Assembly (NCBI GenBank): GCA_965224245.1
Contig: OZ245046.1
Span: forward strand, 5,115,583 to 5,179,582
Reading direction: 5' to 3'
DNA length: 64,000 nucleotides
Source: Candidatus Eiseniibacteriota bacterium
Lineage (GTDB): Bacteria; Eisenbacteria; RBG-16-71-46; CAZAMP01
Position 1 is the stretch's first letter. Each line of letters begins with the position of its first letter. The position numbers and the translations under genes are program-made. Shown piece after piece: positions 9,444-18,977 of this stretch. Below the pieces are notes generated by a model that was not told the origin of the DNA, made no database searches, and saw only the letters and a list, made by a program, of their open reading frames with translations.

Positions 9444-11525
9444 ATGACGCCCGCGAATCCGTTCCTGAACCTCGAACCACCGGTGCCCTTCGATCAGATC
9501 GGGCCCGCCGACGTGGCGCCCGGGATCCGCGCGCTTCTCTCCGAGCTGGATCGGGAGCTGGAGCAGGTCGAGCGCTCGTCGACGGCCACCTGGGACGGTC
9601 TCGTCGTGCCGATCGACCGTTTGCGCGACCGGTTCGAGGTGGCCTGGGGCGTGGTGGGCAACCTGCTGTCCGTGAGCAACAGCGAGGAGCTCCGCGCGGC
9701 GTACAAGGACGTCCTGCCGGTGATGGTCGCGTTCTCGCTCCGGCTGAAGCAGAGTCACCCGCTGTTCGAGCGGCTGGAGCAGCTGTCCGGCGGCGATGCG
9801 TGGCACTCGCTGAGCGCCTGCCAGAAGCGGATCGTCGAGTCGCTGTTGCGAGAGATGCGCCACGCCGGCGTCTCGCTGGAGCCCGCGGTTCGTACCGAGT
9901 TCAGCGCGGTCGAGCGGGAGCTGGCCGAGCTCGGAACCCACTTCGGAAACAACGTGCTCGACGCGACGAAGGCGTTCGAGATGACGCTCACCACCGCGGA
10001 GGAGGTCCGCGGGCTCCCCGACACCCTGCTCGGCATGGCCGCGTCGTCGGCGCGCAAGCACGGGCATCCGAGCGCGACCACGCGAGGGGGACCGTGGCGA
10101 GTCCCGCTGAACGAGGCGTACGTCTCACCGTTCCTGACACACAGCGAGCGGCGCGACCTCCGCGAACGCGTCTATCGGGCCCTGGTCACACGCGCGAGCA
10201 CGGCGCCGACCGACAATCGCCCGCTCATCGAGCGCATTCTGAGGCTCCGCGGCGAGCAAGCCCGCCGGCTCGGCTACGACACGTACGCCGAGCTGAGCAT
10301 CGCCAACAAGATGGCGCCGAGCGTGACGGCCGTGCGCGAGGCGCTGGGCGAGCTGCGAGACGCCGCGTACGACGTGGCCCATCGCGAGTTCGACGAGCTG
10401 GCCGCGTTCTCCAGCGCGCACGGTGGCCCGAATCGCGACCAGATCAAGCAGTGGGACGTCTCGTTCTGGCTCGAGCGGCTGCAACAGACCGAGCTCGGCT
10501 TCGCCGACGAGGATCTCCGCCCCTACTTTCCGTTGCCGCGTGTCCTCGACGGGCTCTTCGCGGTGGCCAAGCGACTGTTCAACATCGACGTCGAGGCCCG
10601 GCCGGGCGGGGCTCCCGTCTGGCACGATGACGTCCGGTACTTCGACGTGCGCCGAGACGGCACGGTCGTCGCGTCGTTCTACCTGGATCTCTTCGCGCGG
10701 CCCGGCGTGAAGCAGCAGGGCGCGTGGCAGTCGGGCATCTTCAACCGCTCGCGCAACTCTCACGGTCGCCGTGATCTCAGGACGCCGGTGACGGTGATGG
10801 TCTGCAACCAGGCGCCACCGGTCAGCGGCCGCCCCTCGCTGATGAAGCTGGGCGAGGTTCGGACGCTCTTCCACGAGTTCGGCCACGCGCTGCATCACAT
10901 GCTCACGTCCGTCGACACCGGGCTCGCGGCCGGGACCTCCGGCGTGGAGTGGGACGCAGTCGAGCTGCCGTCGATGTTCATGGAGAACTGGGTCTTCCAG
11001 CCGAACGTGCTGCGCGAGCTCTCGTCGCACGTCGAGACCGGCGAGTCGTTGCCGGAGGAGTGGATCGAGAAGATCGTGGGCTGGCGCCGCTATCGGAGCG
11101 CGCCGCGTCTGCTCCGCCAGGTGTGCCTCTCGCTGACCGATCTCGAGCTGCACGATACGTACGATCCGGACGGCCCCGAGCGTCCCATGGACGTCTTTCG
11201 CCGGGTCGCCCGCGAGAACAGCATCCTGGCACCGCTTCCCGAGGACGTGTTCCTCTGCGCGTTCGGTCACATCTTCTCGGGCGGCTACGCGGCCGGCTAC
11301 TACAGCTACCTCTGGGCCAACATCATGAGCGCCGATGCGTTCTCCGCCTTCGAGGAGGCCGGACTCGAGGACACCGACGCGATCGCGTCCACCGGCCGGC
11401 GCTTTCGCGACACCGTCCTCGCGCTGGGGGGCAGCGTCTCGCCCGCCGAAGTCTTCGAGCGCTTCCGGGGACGGGCGCCGAGCACCGACGCACTGCTCAG
11501 ACACCTCGGTCTGGCGTCGAGCTGA
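9444..11525 (+). CDS. M3 family metallopeptidase (oligopeptidase A / dipeptidyl carboxypeptidase-like)
   Basis: HEFGHALHHM zinc motif, a downstream E ligand region, and FSGGYAAGYYSYLWA typical of M3A. Alternative starts are at 9306 and 9381. Confidence 0.9.
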   Translation: MTPANPFLNLEPPVPFDQIGPADVAPGIRALLSELDRELEQVERSSTATWDGLVVPIDRLRDRFEVAWGVVGNLLSVSNSEELRAAYKDVLPVMVAFSLRLKQSHPLFERLEQLSGGDAWHSLSACQKRIVESLLREMRHAGVSLEPAVRTEFSAVERELAELGTHFGNNVLDATKAFEMTLTTAEEVRGLPDTLLGMAASSARKHGHPSATTRGGPWRVPLNEAYVSPFLTHSERRDLRERVYRALVTRASTAPTDNRPLIERILRLRGEQARRLGYDTYAELSIANKMAPSVTAVREALGELRDAAYDVAHREFDELAAFSSAHGGPNRDQIKQWDVSFWLERLQQTELGFADEDLRPYFPLPRVLDGLFAVAKRLFNIDVEARPGGAPVWHDDVRYFDVRRDGTVVASFYLDLFARPGVKQQGAWQSGIFNRSRNSHGRRDLRTPVTVMVCNQAPPVSGRPSLMKLGEVRTLFHEFGHALHHMLTSVDTGLAAGTSGVEWDAVELPSMFMENWVFQPNVLRELSSHVETGESLPEEWIEKIVGWRRYRSAPRLLRQVCLSLTDLELHDTYDPDGPERPMDVFRRVARENSILAPLPEDVFLCAFGHIFSGGYAAGYYSYLWANIMSADAFSAFEEAGLEDTDAIASTGRRFRDTVLALGGSVSPAEVFERFRGRAPSTDALLRHLGLASS

Positions 11526-11553
11526 GCATTCCCGCCGATCGGAGTCGATCGCG

Positions 11554-12339
11554 ATGACCGAAGCCTCGGAATCGCCGACGGGTATCGTGCGCCGCTTCGC
11601 GTTGCGGACCGAGGAAGCCGTGCTCGCACACGGCGACTTTCGCGGGCTGTTCGCGGTCTACGAGGCGCACGTTCACCGCTGGGAGTCGATTCCCGATCCC
11701 CTGTGTCTGATCATGATGCGTCAGGCGCTCGGAGGAGCGGCGCTGCACCTGTCCTGCCGGCCGCGGGATCAGATGACAGCCTGGACGATCAACATCGCCC
11801 GGCCGCCGCTCAACGTGTTCGTGGCCGGAAACAGTGCGGACTCCACCGTGGTGGGACGGGTCTACACCGAGGACGTCAGCACCGCGGGATCGAGCCGCCT
11901 CTTCGTGGAATCCCGGCGACCGCACGGCAAGTCCAATCGCTCGATGATCGACGTCACCGGGTACGACGTCCTCCAGATCTTCGAGCAGTACTACGAGCAG
12001 TCCGAGCAGAACCCGGCCCGGTTCTTCGAGTTCAACGAGACGGAGTTCGTGATGGTGCTCGCGATGCCCGGTGCCGATCCGGACTGGCTGGCGGCGCTGG
12101 ACCGCGAGCGCGTCAAGAGCATCCTCGACGCCGGTCCGAGCCCCATCGACACCCAGGAGTTCACGTTCCGCTGCGGCTGCGATCACGATCGCATGGTCCA
12201 GGTCGTCCATGGCATGTTCAAGGAGGATCCGACCGAGCTGTTTCAGGGAGACGCCAACGTCGAGGTGAGCTGTCCACGCTGCGGTCGCCGGTGGACGCTC
12301 GACCGGGACGAGTTCGACGAGCTTCAGGAGGACGCATGA
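11554..12339 (+). CDS. hslO: Hsp33-like redox-regulated chaperone
   Basis: C-terminal zinc centre FRCGCDHDRM...(27 aa)...SCPRCGRRW (CxC...CxxC). The start is the ATG at 11554; the longer track ORF from 11335 overlaps the M3 gene in an Arg/Pro-rich frame. Confidence 0.75.
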   Translation: MTEASESPTGIVRRFALRTEEAVLAHGDFRGLFAVYEAHVHRWESIPDPLCLIMMRQALGGAALHLSCRPRDQMTAWTINIARPPLNVFVAGNSADSTVVGRVYTEDVSTAGSSRLFVESRRPHGKSNRSMIDVTGYDVLQIFEQYYEQSEQNPARFFEFNETEFVMVLAMPGADPDWLAALDRERVKSILDAGPSPIDTQEFTFRCGCDHDRMVQVVHGMFKEDPTELFQGDANVEVSCPRCGRRWTLDRDEFDELQEDA

Positions 12340-14540
12340 TGCGGCCAATTCGAGTCCGACTCGCGCTCGCCGTGGCGCTGCTCGCGGCATCCCCGGTGCA
12401 CGCGTTCGACGGCGAGCCGGCGGTGATCGATTCCGAGACGCTCCGGATCACCGAGCTCGAGGATCGCCGCGAGAGCGGACCCGAGCTGCGCACGTACCTC
12501 GGGAGCCCTCGGGCGCACGTCCGCGCTCGGGCCGCGCTGGCGGCCGGTCGCATCGGACACCCCGCCGACGTCGCCGCGCTCTCGGAGATGCTCGCCGATC
12601 CCGACGTGACCGTCCGCCGCGCCGTCGTCTTCGGGCTCGGTGAGATCGAGGACTCGACGGCCGCGATGCCCCTCGCAGAGCTCCTGACGTCCGGACGCGA
12701 GACCGATGCGCGCGCGCGGGCGTTCGCGGTGGAGGCGCTGGGCAAGCTCCGATGGGGCGCCGAGGCCTGCCGGCACGCCATCGACGACGCGGACGCCGAC
12801 GTGCGCGCGCGGGCGCTCCTGGCCGCCTGGCAGATTCCTGTCCCCGCCGTCACCGACCGCGCCGTCGCCGCGCTGGACGACGCGGACGCTCACGTGCGAT
12901 GGGCCGCCGCGTACGCGCTGATGCGGCTCGCCGGTGCGCCGGCGTCCGGGGCGACGCCGATCGCCAGCGCAGCCGCGCTCTCGCCTGCCGAGCGCCGCCG
13001 CGTGGGCGACGCGCTGGCGGGGCTGGTCGGCGATCCCGATCCCGAGGTTCGCACCGTCGCGATCCGGGGTCTCCGGCGCGCCGGCAGCCCCGAGGTGACG
13101 GCCCTTCTCGTCGATCGCATGCGCGACAGCGACTGGCGCGTACGCGTGGAGGTCGTCCGCGCGCTCGGCTCCGACGTGGACGCCGGCGGCGGTGCCGGCG
13201 CGAACGCGGACGACGGCGCGGCCGGAGATCCCGCCGCGGTCGGCTCGACGACGCGCTCGATCGACGTGGACGCGATCGCGCCGCTTCTGGCTGATCCCCA
13301 CCCGAACGTGCTCGTGGAGGCCGTGGGGCTGCTCGCGACCGTGGGCGACGACTCCACGGCGTTCGCCCGTCTCGCCGGCTTCTCCCGCTCGCCCGACGAC
13401 CGCGTGAGCATCGCCGCGTTCGACGCAATGCTGGCCCGCTGGAGCGACGCGGACAGCCTGGATGCGGCCGCGCGGGAGCGCGTCGGCGCCGAGATCGACG
13501 CGATGCGCCGGCGCAGGGCCTGGGCGGCCCGGGCGGCGGTGATCGGCGCCCTGCCGCTCGTGGAGCGATGGGATGCCGAGCGCGCAGGCCAGCTCGCCCG
13601 GGACCTCGTCTCCGATCGCGATCCGCGGGTGGCCAAGCTCGCGGTCGGGGACCACCTTCGCCATCTGGCCGGCGCGGCGTCGGGACCGCTCTGGTCTCGG
13701 GTGGGCGGAGAGGTCTCGTCGCTCACGCGTCACGACGATCCGATGGTGCGACTGATGGCGCTCTACGGGACGTCGGCGCTCTTCCAGGCGGACTCGGTCT
13801 ACGCGCCCACCGACGACGACTGGACCCGCTTCGCGACCACGCTGGACGACGTCTACGAGGTGTCTCGCCAGGTCGACTCGCTGACCGACGTGCGAGAGGC
13901 TGTCGTGGACGTCGCCGCGAACTGGCTCGATCGCCCCGCGTATCGCGACGTCGTGCAGAAAGGGATCGACGACTCGAACTACGTCGTTCGCCGGGCCGCC
14001 CTGGGGGCGCTGGAGAGCGGCGGGATCGACTCGCCGCGTCAGGCCGAGCCGGTGGTGTCGCGGTACGGATCCGGGACGATGCGACAGATCCTCGAGTGGG
14101 CGAACTCCGATCACTGGGCGGTCTGGGATACCGAGTCGGGACGCATCGTGGCCAAGCTCTTCTCCCGCGACGCCCCGCTCACGTGCTGGAACCTGCTGGA
14201 GCTGGCGAACGCCGGGTTCTACGACCAGGGCGCGTGGCATCGCGTGGTGCCGAACTTCGTCCTCCAGGACGGCTGCCCGCGCGGTGACGGATGGGGCGGA
14301 CCGGACTGGCAGATCCGCTGCGAGATCAACCCGAGGCGCTACGCGGCCGACCGACTCGGCATGGCGCTCTCGGGGAAGGACACCGGTGGCAGTCAGTACT
14401 TCTTCACGCACTCCGCGCAGCCGCACCTCGACGGGCGGTACACGGTGTTCGGCGAGATCGTCGAGGGCGCCGAGGCGGCCGCCCGCGTCACGCAGGGGAT
14501 GCGGATTCGCAGCGTGCGCGTGCTCGACGTCGCGCCCTGA
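12336..14540 (+). CDS. Secreted HEAT-repeat protein fused to a cyclophilin-type peptidyl-prolyl isomerase
   Basis: Signal peptide MMRPIRVRLALAVALLAASPVHA. Many PDxxVRxxAxxALG HEAT-like repeats. C-terminus is HRVVPNFVLQDGCPRGDGWGGP...GMALSGKDTGGSQYFFTHS..PHLDGRYTVFGEIVEG. Its ATG overlaps the hslO stop (ATGA). Confidence 0.85.
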   Translation: MMRPIRVRLALAVALLAASPVHAFDGEPAVIDSETLRITELEDRRESGPELRTYLGSPRAHVRARAALAAGRIGHPADVAALSEMLADPDVTVRRAVVFGLGEIEDSTAAMPLAELLTSGRETDARARAFAVEALGKLRWGAEACRHAIDDADADVRARALLAAWQIPVPAVTDRAVAALDDADAHVRWAAAYALMRLAGAPASGATPIASAAALSPAERRRVGDALAGLVGDPDPEVRTVAIRGLRRAGSPEVTALLVDRMRDSDWRVRVEVVRALGSDVDAGGGAGANADDGAAGDPAAVGSTTRSIDVDAIAPLLADPHPNVLVEAVGLLATVGDDSTAFARLAGFSRSPDDRVSIAAFDAMLARWSDADSLDAAARERVGAEIDAMRRRRAWAARAAVIGALPLVERWDAERAGQLARDLVSDRDPRVAKLAVGDHLRHLAGAASGPLWSRVGGEVSSLTRHDDPMVRLMALYGTSALFQADSVYAPTDDDWTRFATTLDDVYEVSRQVDSLTDVREAVVDVAANWLDRPAYRDVVQKGIDDSNYVVRRAALGALESGGIDSPRQAEPVVSRYGSGTMRQILEWANSDHWAVWDTESGRIVAKLFSRDAPLTCWNLLELANAGFYDQGAWHRVVPNFVLQDGCPRGDGWGGPDWQIRCEINPRRYAADRLGMALSGKDTGGSQYFFTHSAQPHLDGRYTVFGEIVEGAEAAARVTQGMRIRSVRVLDVAP

Positions 14541-14762
14541 GCGCGGGGCTCGTCGAGAGGCCGATCGGCCTGCCGAACCAGGGAACACATTGCGCCATCT
14601 GGGGTTGACGTGATCGGGCGCCACAGCTGCGCGCCCGCCGGGAATGTGGTATCTGTTTGGAACTTCGATGCCCCTCCGCACCGGGAGGGGACATCTCGAT
14701 CGGCGACCGCGACGCTACCCCCTGCGATCCTGCGGCCGGACCCGACTACTGGAGATGACGCC

Positions 14763-15578
14763 ATGAAGCAGAAGACGGACGATGCGCCCCTCTCGGCGTA
14801 CGAGAAAGCCGCGGAACAGGGTGTCGACCCGAGGTGCATTCCCAAGAACCTCGATGGCCCCCCCCCGGTCGGTGACGACATCGTCGCACCCGACTATCCC
14901 GACTCCGATCACGAGTCCTGGCAGTTCCTCTTCGATCGCCAGATGACCCTCCTCGAGGACAAGGCCAGCGAGGCGTATCTGGACGGCGTGTCGCTGCTGG
15001 GCATGACGCGCGAGAGGATCCCCTCGCTGGCGGCGATGAGTCGCCGGATGAAGCAGGCCACGAACTGGGAGCTCGCGCGCATTCCCGGGCTCCTTCACGA
15101 GCGTGACTTCTTCACGCTCCTCTCGAAGCGGCAGTTCCCGTCCACCGACTACATCCGGGGCAAGGACGAGCTGGACTACACGCCGGCGCCCGACTGCTTC
15201 CACGACATGTTCGGCCACATGCCCATGATCACCGAGCCTGCCTTCGCCGACTTCTACCAGGAGCTGGGTCGCGCCGCGCTGAAGGCCGAGGGGCAGGATC
15301 GAGTGAGCCTCGAGCGCTTGCACTGGTTCACGGTGGAGTTCGGGCTCATAAGGGAGGACGCCGGTAATCGCATCTTCGGCGCGGGGATCCTGTCGTCCAA
15401 GAACGAGGTCGGGCATGCGCTCGGTCCCGACGTCGAGAAGATCCCGTTCGACCCGTTCCGCGTCATCGAGCAGGAGTACGAGGTCTGGCACCTTCAGCCC
15501 ACGCTGTTCGTGCTCGACTCGTTCGAGCAGCTCGTCACCGGGTTTCGCGAGTGGGCGCGAAGCCGCAACCTCCAGTAG
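14763..15578 (+). CDS. phhA: Phenylalanine-4-hydroxylase (aromatic amino acid hydroxylase)
   Basis: PDCFHDMFGHMPM (iron-binding His pair), a later E ligand region, and WFTVEFGL. The ATG at 14763 is preceded by GGAGA. Confidence 0.9.
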   Translation: MKQKTDDAPLSAYEKAAEQGVDPRCIPKNLDGPPPVGDDIVAPDYPDSDHESWQFLFDRQMTLLEDKASEAYLDGVSLLGMTRERIPSLAAMSRRMKQATNWELARIPGLLHERDFFTLLSKRQFPSTDYIRGKDELDYTPAPDCFHDMFGHMPMITEPAFADFYQELGRAALKAEGQDRVSLERLHWFTVEFGLIREDAGNRIFGAGILSSKNEVGHALGPDVEKIPFDPFRVIEQEYEVWHLQPTLFVLDSFEQLVTGFREWARSRNLQ

Positions 15579-15602
15579 CTCGCCGAGGAGTCCACGACAC
15601 CC

Positions 15603-16391
15603 ATGCGATGTCACGAGGTCGACTACCGCATCCACGGCGACGACATGCAGATGGTCGAGGTCGAGCTCGACCCCGGGGAGACGGTCATCGCCGAGGCCGG
15701 CGCGATGAACTTCATGGCCGACGGCATCACGTTCGAGGCCAAGATGGGCGACGGCTCGAAGCCCGACGAGGGGCTCTTCGGAAAGCTCCTCAACGTCGGC
15801 AAGCGCGTGCTCACGGGGGAGTCGATCTTCCTGACGCACTTCACGCACCAGGGCTCGGGCAAGAGCCACGTGACGTTCGCCGCGCCCTACCCGGGCAAGG
15901 TCATCCCGCTGGACATGGCGGCCATCGGCGGCGAGATCGTCTGCCAGAAGGACTCGTTCCTGTGCGCGGCCCTCGGCACCGAGGTCTCGATCGCGTTCAA
16001 CCGGCGACTGGGCACCGGGTTCTTCGGTGGCGAGGGGTTCATTCTTCAGCGGCTCCGCGGCGACGGCATGGCGTTCCTGCACGCGTGCGGCACGATCGTC
16101 GAGAAGGAGCTCACCGGTGACCGGCTCCGCGTGGACACCGGCTGCCTCGTCGGGTTCACGCCCGGGATCGACTACGACATTCAGCGCGCGGGCAATCTGA
16201 AGTCGATGTTCTTCGGCGGAGAGGGGCTCTTCCTGGCCACGCTCACCGGGCACGGTCGCGTGTGGCTGCAGAGCCTGCCGTTCTCGCGGCTCGCCGATCG
16301 GATTCTCGCGCACGCCCCGCGCGCCGGGGGCTCCCGCAAGGGCGAGGGCTCCGTGCTCGGCGGCCTCGGCGATCTGATCGGCGGAGACTGA
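15603..16391 (+). CDS. AIM24 / TIGR00266 family protein
   Basis: N-terminus is [31 protein letters not shown]. The protein ends in a Gly-rich tail ([14 protein letters not shown]), typical of this family. Confidence 0.8.
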   Translation: MRCHEVDYRIHGDDMQMVEVELDPGETVIAEAGAMNFMADGITFEAKMGDGSKPDEGLFGKLLNVGKRVLTGESIFLTHFTHQGSGKSHVTFAAPYPGKVIPLDMAAIGGEIVCQKDSFLCAALGTEVSIAFNRRLGTGFFGGEGFILQRLRGDGMAFLHACGTIVEKELTGDRLRVDTGCLVGFTPGIDYDIQRAGNLKSMFFGGEGLFLATLTGHGRVWLQSLPFSRLADRILAHAPRAGGSRKGEGSVLGGLGDLIGGD

Positions 16392-16434
16392 CGCGCGGCG
16401 CGGCACTCGCGTCCACTCCGGTGGAGGAACGACG

Positions 16435-17163
16435 GTGACGAACGACCTGATGGAGCGGGAGCTCGGCCTCGTCGAGCTCCTCGGTGCGACGTTCGCGACC
16501 GTCCGCCGCAACTTCGCGACCTTCGGACTCATCGCGCTGCTGCCGTTCGTGCCGATCTTCCTCCAGTACCATCTGATGCCCGCCTTCTCCATGGACGTGA
16601 ACGTCCTCGACCACCTCGGATCGCTCTACGGCGTGTTGCTCCTGCAGTGCCTGGTGATGCCGTTCGTGTACGGCGCGGTGGCCGGCATCACCGAGGCCGA
16701 CGTTCACGGCAACGAGCTCACCGCCGGCGAGGCCCTCCGGGTGGGCGCGCTACGCTGGCTCCCGCTGGTGATCACCGGGATCATGTACTGGTTGGTGACG
16801 TTCGTGGGGATGCTCCTGCTGTTGATCCCGGGCATCGCGGCCCTGGTCTACTTCGGACTCTGCTGGCCGGCGGTCGCGCTACGCGGGTACGTCGGCGTCG
16901 ACGCCATGCGCGCGAGCTGGGAGCTGGTGAAGGATCGCTGGTGGCGTGCCTTCGGGTTCTACCTGCTTCTCTCGGCCATCTTCTGGACGACGTCGTTGTT
17001 GCTCCTGCCGGTGACGCTCTTCGCGCCCCCGACGATCGCGTCGTTCGTCTCGTCCGCGGTGTCGGCGTTCTGGCAGGTGGTGATGATGACGGGCATCACG
17101 TTCTTCTTCCTCAACCACGACTACCTGCAGAACGGCACCCACGTCTCGGACGTCGTCGCCTGA
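16435..17163 (+). CDS. Integral membrane protein of unknown function (DUF975 / GDPD-membrane-domain-like topology)
   Basis: Five to six predicted TM helices and G/C-ending codons. GTG start 6 nt after GGAGGA. Confidence 0.65.
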   Translation: MTNDLMERELGLVELLGATFATVRRNFATFGLIALLPFVPIFLQYHLMPAFSMDVNVLDHLGSLYGVLLLQCLVMPFVYGAVAGITEADVHGNELTAGEALRVGALRWLPLVITGIMYWLVTFVGMLLLLIPGIAALVYFGLCWPAVALRGYVGVDAMRASWELVKDRWWRAFGFYLLLSAIFWTTSLLLLPVTLFAPPTIASFVSSAVSAFWQVVMMTGITFFFLNHDYLQNGTHVSDVVA

Positions 17164-17189
17164 CCCCGGTGCCGGGCACCGACCCCTCC

Positions 17190-17808
17190 GCCCGCTCCGC
17201 GAGGCCGTGACCTCCGCCTCGCACCGCCGCCGAAAAGCGCGTCCGTCCCGCCAGAACTCGGTCCGATGCCCGGTACATCAGACACGAAGACGATGCAGGG
17301 ACGACAGAAACCAGTTACCAGACAGGGAGTTACGAGATGGCGATCTACTTGCAGTTCGACGGGATGACCGGAGAGGTCACGGCGGCGGGTCACGAGGGCT
17401 GGATCGAGCTCGAGTCGTTCAGCTGGGGTGTCGGCCGCGGGATCATCATGCAGACCGGAGCCAGCAAGGACCGCGAGGCGTCGGCGCCGTCGCTGTCGGA
17501 GGTGACGGTGACCAAGCAGATGGACGAGACGTCGCCGTACTTCTTCACCGAGGCGTGCGTGGGCAAGGGCAAGACGGCGACGATCCACTTCGTGAAGACC
17601 GGCGAGGAGCTGGAGACGTACATGGAGTACGTGCTGAGCGACGTGATGGTGTCGGGGTACTCGGTGTCGTCGGGCGGGGATCGCCCGGCGGAGTCGATCT
17701 CACTGAGCTTCACGAAGATCGAGACGAAGTACACGCCGTACGACGACGCGCACGCGGCCACGGCGCCGATCCCGGCCGGCTACAACCTGGCCACCGGCAA
17801 GATGGTCT
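17190..17808 (+). repeat. Tandem duplication, copy A (leader plus hcp)
   Basis: Aligns without gaps to 18114..18732 at a 924-bp offset. I saw only a handful of substitutions: three in the leader and one synonymous change in the CDS. Confidence 0.9.
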
Positions 17809-17810
17809 AG
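17337..17810 (+). CDS. hcp: Type VI secretion tube protein Hcp family
   Basis: MAIYLQFDGMTGEVTAAGHEGWIELESFSWGV... then ...LSEVTVTKQMDETSPYFFTEA...ESISLSFTKIETKY, the typical Hcp1 (PF05638-like) pattern. GGGAG lies upstream. Confidence 0.9.
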   Translation: MAIYLQFDGMTGEVTAAGHEGWIELESFSWGVGRGIIMQTGASKDREASAPSLSEVTVTKQMDETSPYFFTEACVGKGKTATIHFVKTGEELETYMEYVLSDVMVSGYSVSSGGDRPAESISLSFTKIETKYTPYDDAHAATAPIPAGYNLATGKMV

Positions 17811-17858
17811 GGCCACTGCTCCTGACGCGCGTCCCTCGGGGCGCGCGCGGCCCCTCTC

Positions 17859-17907
17859 CCGGGGCGGGACCCCGCGACACCTCGCCACACACAAGGTCCC
17901 GCCCCGG
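17859..17907 (+). terminator. Long-loop hairpin after hcp copy A
   Basis: ccggggcgggacc ... ggtcccgccccgg: 13-bp perfect stem with a 23-nt loop. Confidence 0.3.
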
Positions 17908-18113
17908 TCTTCGCTCTCCCCGCCCCGCTTCGGTGACACCGCTCCACCGTCATTGACCTTCCCACGTGCTTCGATCGCCGCCCGACGCCACCGGTGCAAC
18001 GCCACCAGGCCAACGCCACCAGGGCAACGCCATCGCCCGGGTCACGTCCGAGCTCACGACCGAGCCGATCGCGCGCCCGGAGCGGAGGCGGTCCGGATCC
18101 GGACGCACGTCGT

Positions 18114-18732
18114 GCCCGCTCCACGAGGCCGTGACCTCCGCCTCACACCCCCGCCGAAAAGCGCGTCCGTCCCGCCAGAACTCGGTCCGATGCCCGGTAC
18201 ATCAGACACGAAGACGATGCAGGGACGACAGAAACCAGTTACCAGACAGGGAGTTACGAGATGGCGATCTACTTGCAGTTCGACGGGATGACCGGAGAGG
18301 TCACGGCGGCGGGTCACGAGGGCTGGATCGAGCTCGAGTCGTTCAGCTGGGGTGTCGGCCGCGGGATCATCATGCAGACCGGAGCCAGCAAGGACCGCGA
18401 GGCGTCGGCGCCGTCGCTGTCGGAGGTGACGGTGACCAAGCAGATGGACGAGACGTCGCCGTACTTCTTCACCGAGGCGTGCGTGGGCAAGGGCAAGACG
18501 GCGACGATCCACTTCGTGAAGACCGGCGAGGAGCTGGAGACGTACATGGAGTACGTGCTGAGCGACGTGATGGTGTCGGGGTACTCGGTGTCGTCGGGCG
18601 GGGATCGCCCGGCGGAGTCGATCTCACTGAGCTTCACGAAGATCGAGACGAAGTACACGCCGTACGACGACGCACACGCGGCCACGGCGCCGATCCCGGC
18701 CGGCTACAACCTGGCCACCGGCAAGATGGTCT
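18114..18732 (+). repeat. Tandem duplication, copy B (leader plus hcp)
   Basis: See copy A. The stop codon differs (TGA here, TAG in copy A) and similarity ends just before it. Confidence 0.9.
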
Positions 18733-18734
18733 GA
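18261..18734 (+). CDS. hcp: Type VI secretion tube protein Hcp family; protein identical to the copy at 17337
   Basis: The 157-aa translation is identical to the first copy in the supplied track. Confidence 0.9.
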   Translation: MAIYLQFDGMTGEVTAAGHEGWIELESFSWGVGRGIIMQTGASKDREASAPSLSEVTVTKQMDETSPYFFTEACVGKGKTATIHFVKTGEELETYMEYVLSDVMVSGYSVSSGGDRPAESISLSFTKIETKYTPYDDAHAATAPIPAGYNLATGKMV

Positions 18735-18814
18735 CGCCGGAACCCCCGGGCGGCGCGCCACCCCCGGCGCGTCGCTCGCCACGACATCGATCCCACCACA
18801 CCGCCCTCCCCCGA

Positions 18815-18850
18815 GAGCCGGGGTCCGTCCGACGGGACGAGCCCCGGCTC
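18815..18850 (+). terminator. Hairpin after hcp copy B
   Basis: gagccgggg ... ccccggctc: 9-bp outer stem with additional inner pairing. Confidence 0.35.
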
Positions 18851-18977
18851 CCTCCTTGCCCCCGAGGCGAGGTCGCCGGTGCCGAATCCAGCTGTGCGAT
18901 TCCATTCCCCGGGCCCGTTACCTGGATGAAGGCCGAGCAGGGTACGACATCCAACCCCGATGGGAGACGGACGAAAG

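Noticed and set aside
12324-16592. Minus-strand ORFs 12324..14681 (785 aa) and 14715..16592 (625 aa)
   Set aside because: They are antisense to the HEAT/cyclophilin, phhA and AIM24 genes, all of which carry diagnostic motifs. The shadow translations are Arg/Gly/Pro-rich.
17266-17367. 33-codon upstream ORF (MPGTSDTKTMQG...) in the duplicated hcp leader, overlapping the hcp start
   Set aside because: It has no RBS and a non-protein-like basic composition. It exists in both copies only because the whole leader is duplicated. A regulatory role for the conserved leader RNA itself cannot be excluded.
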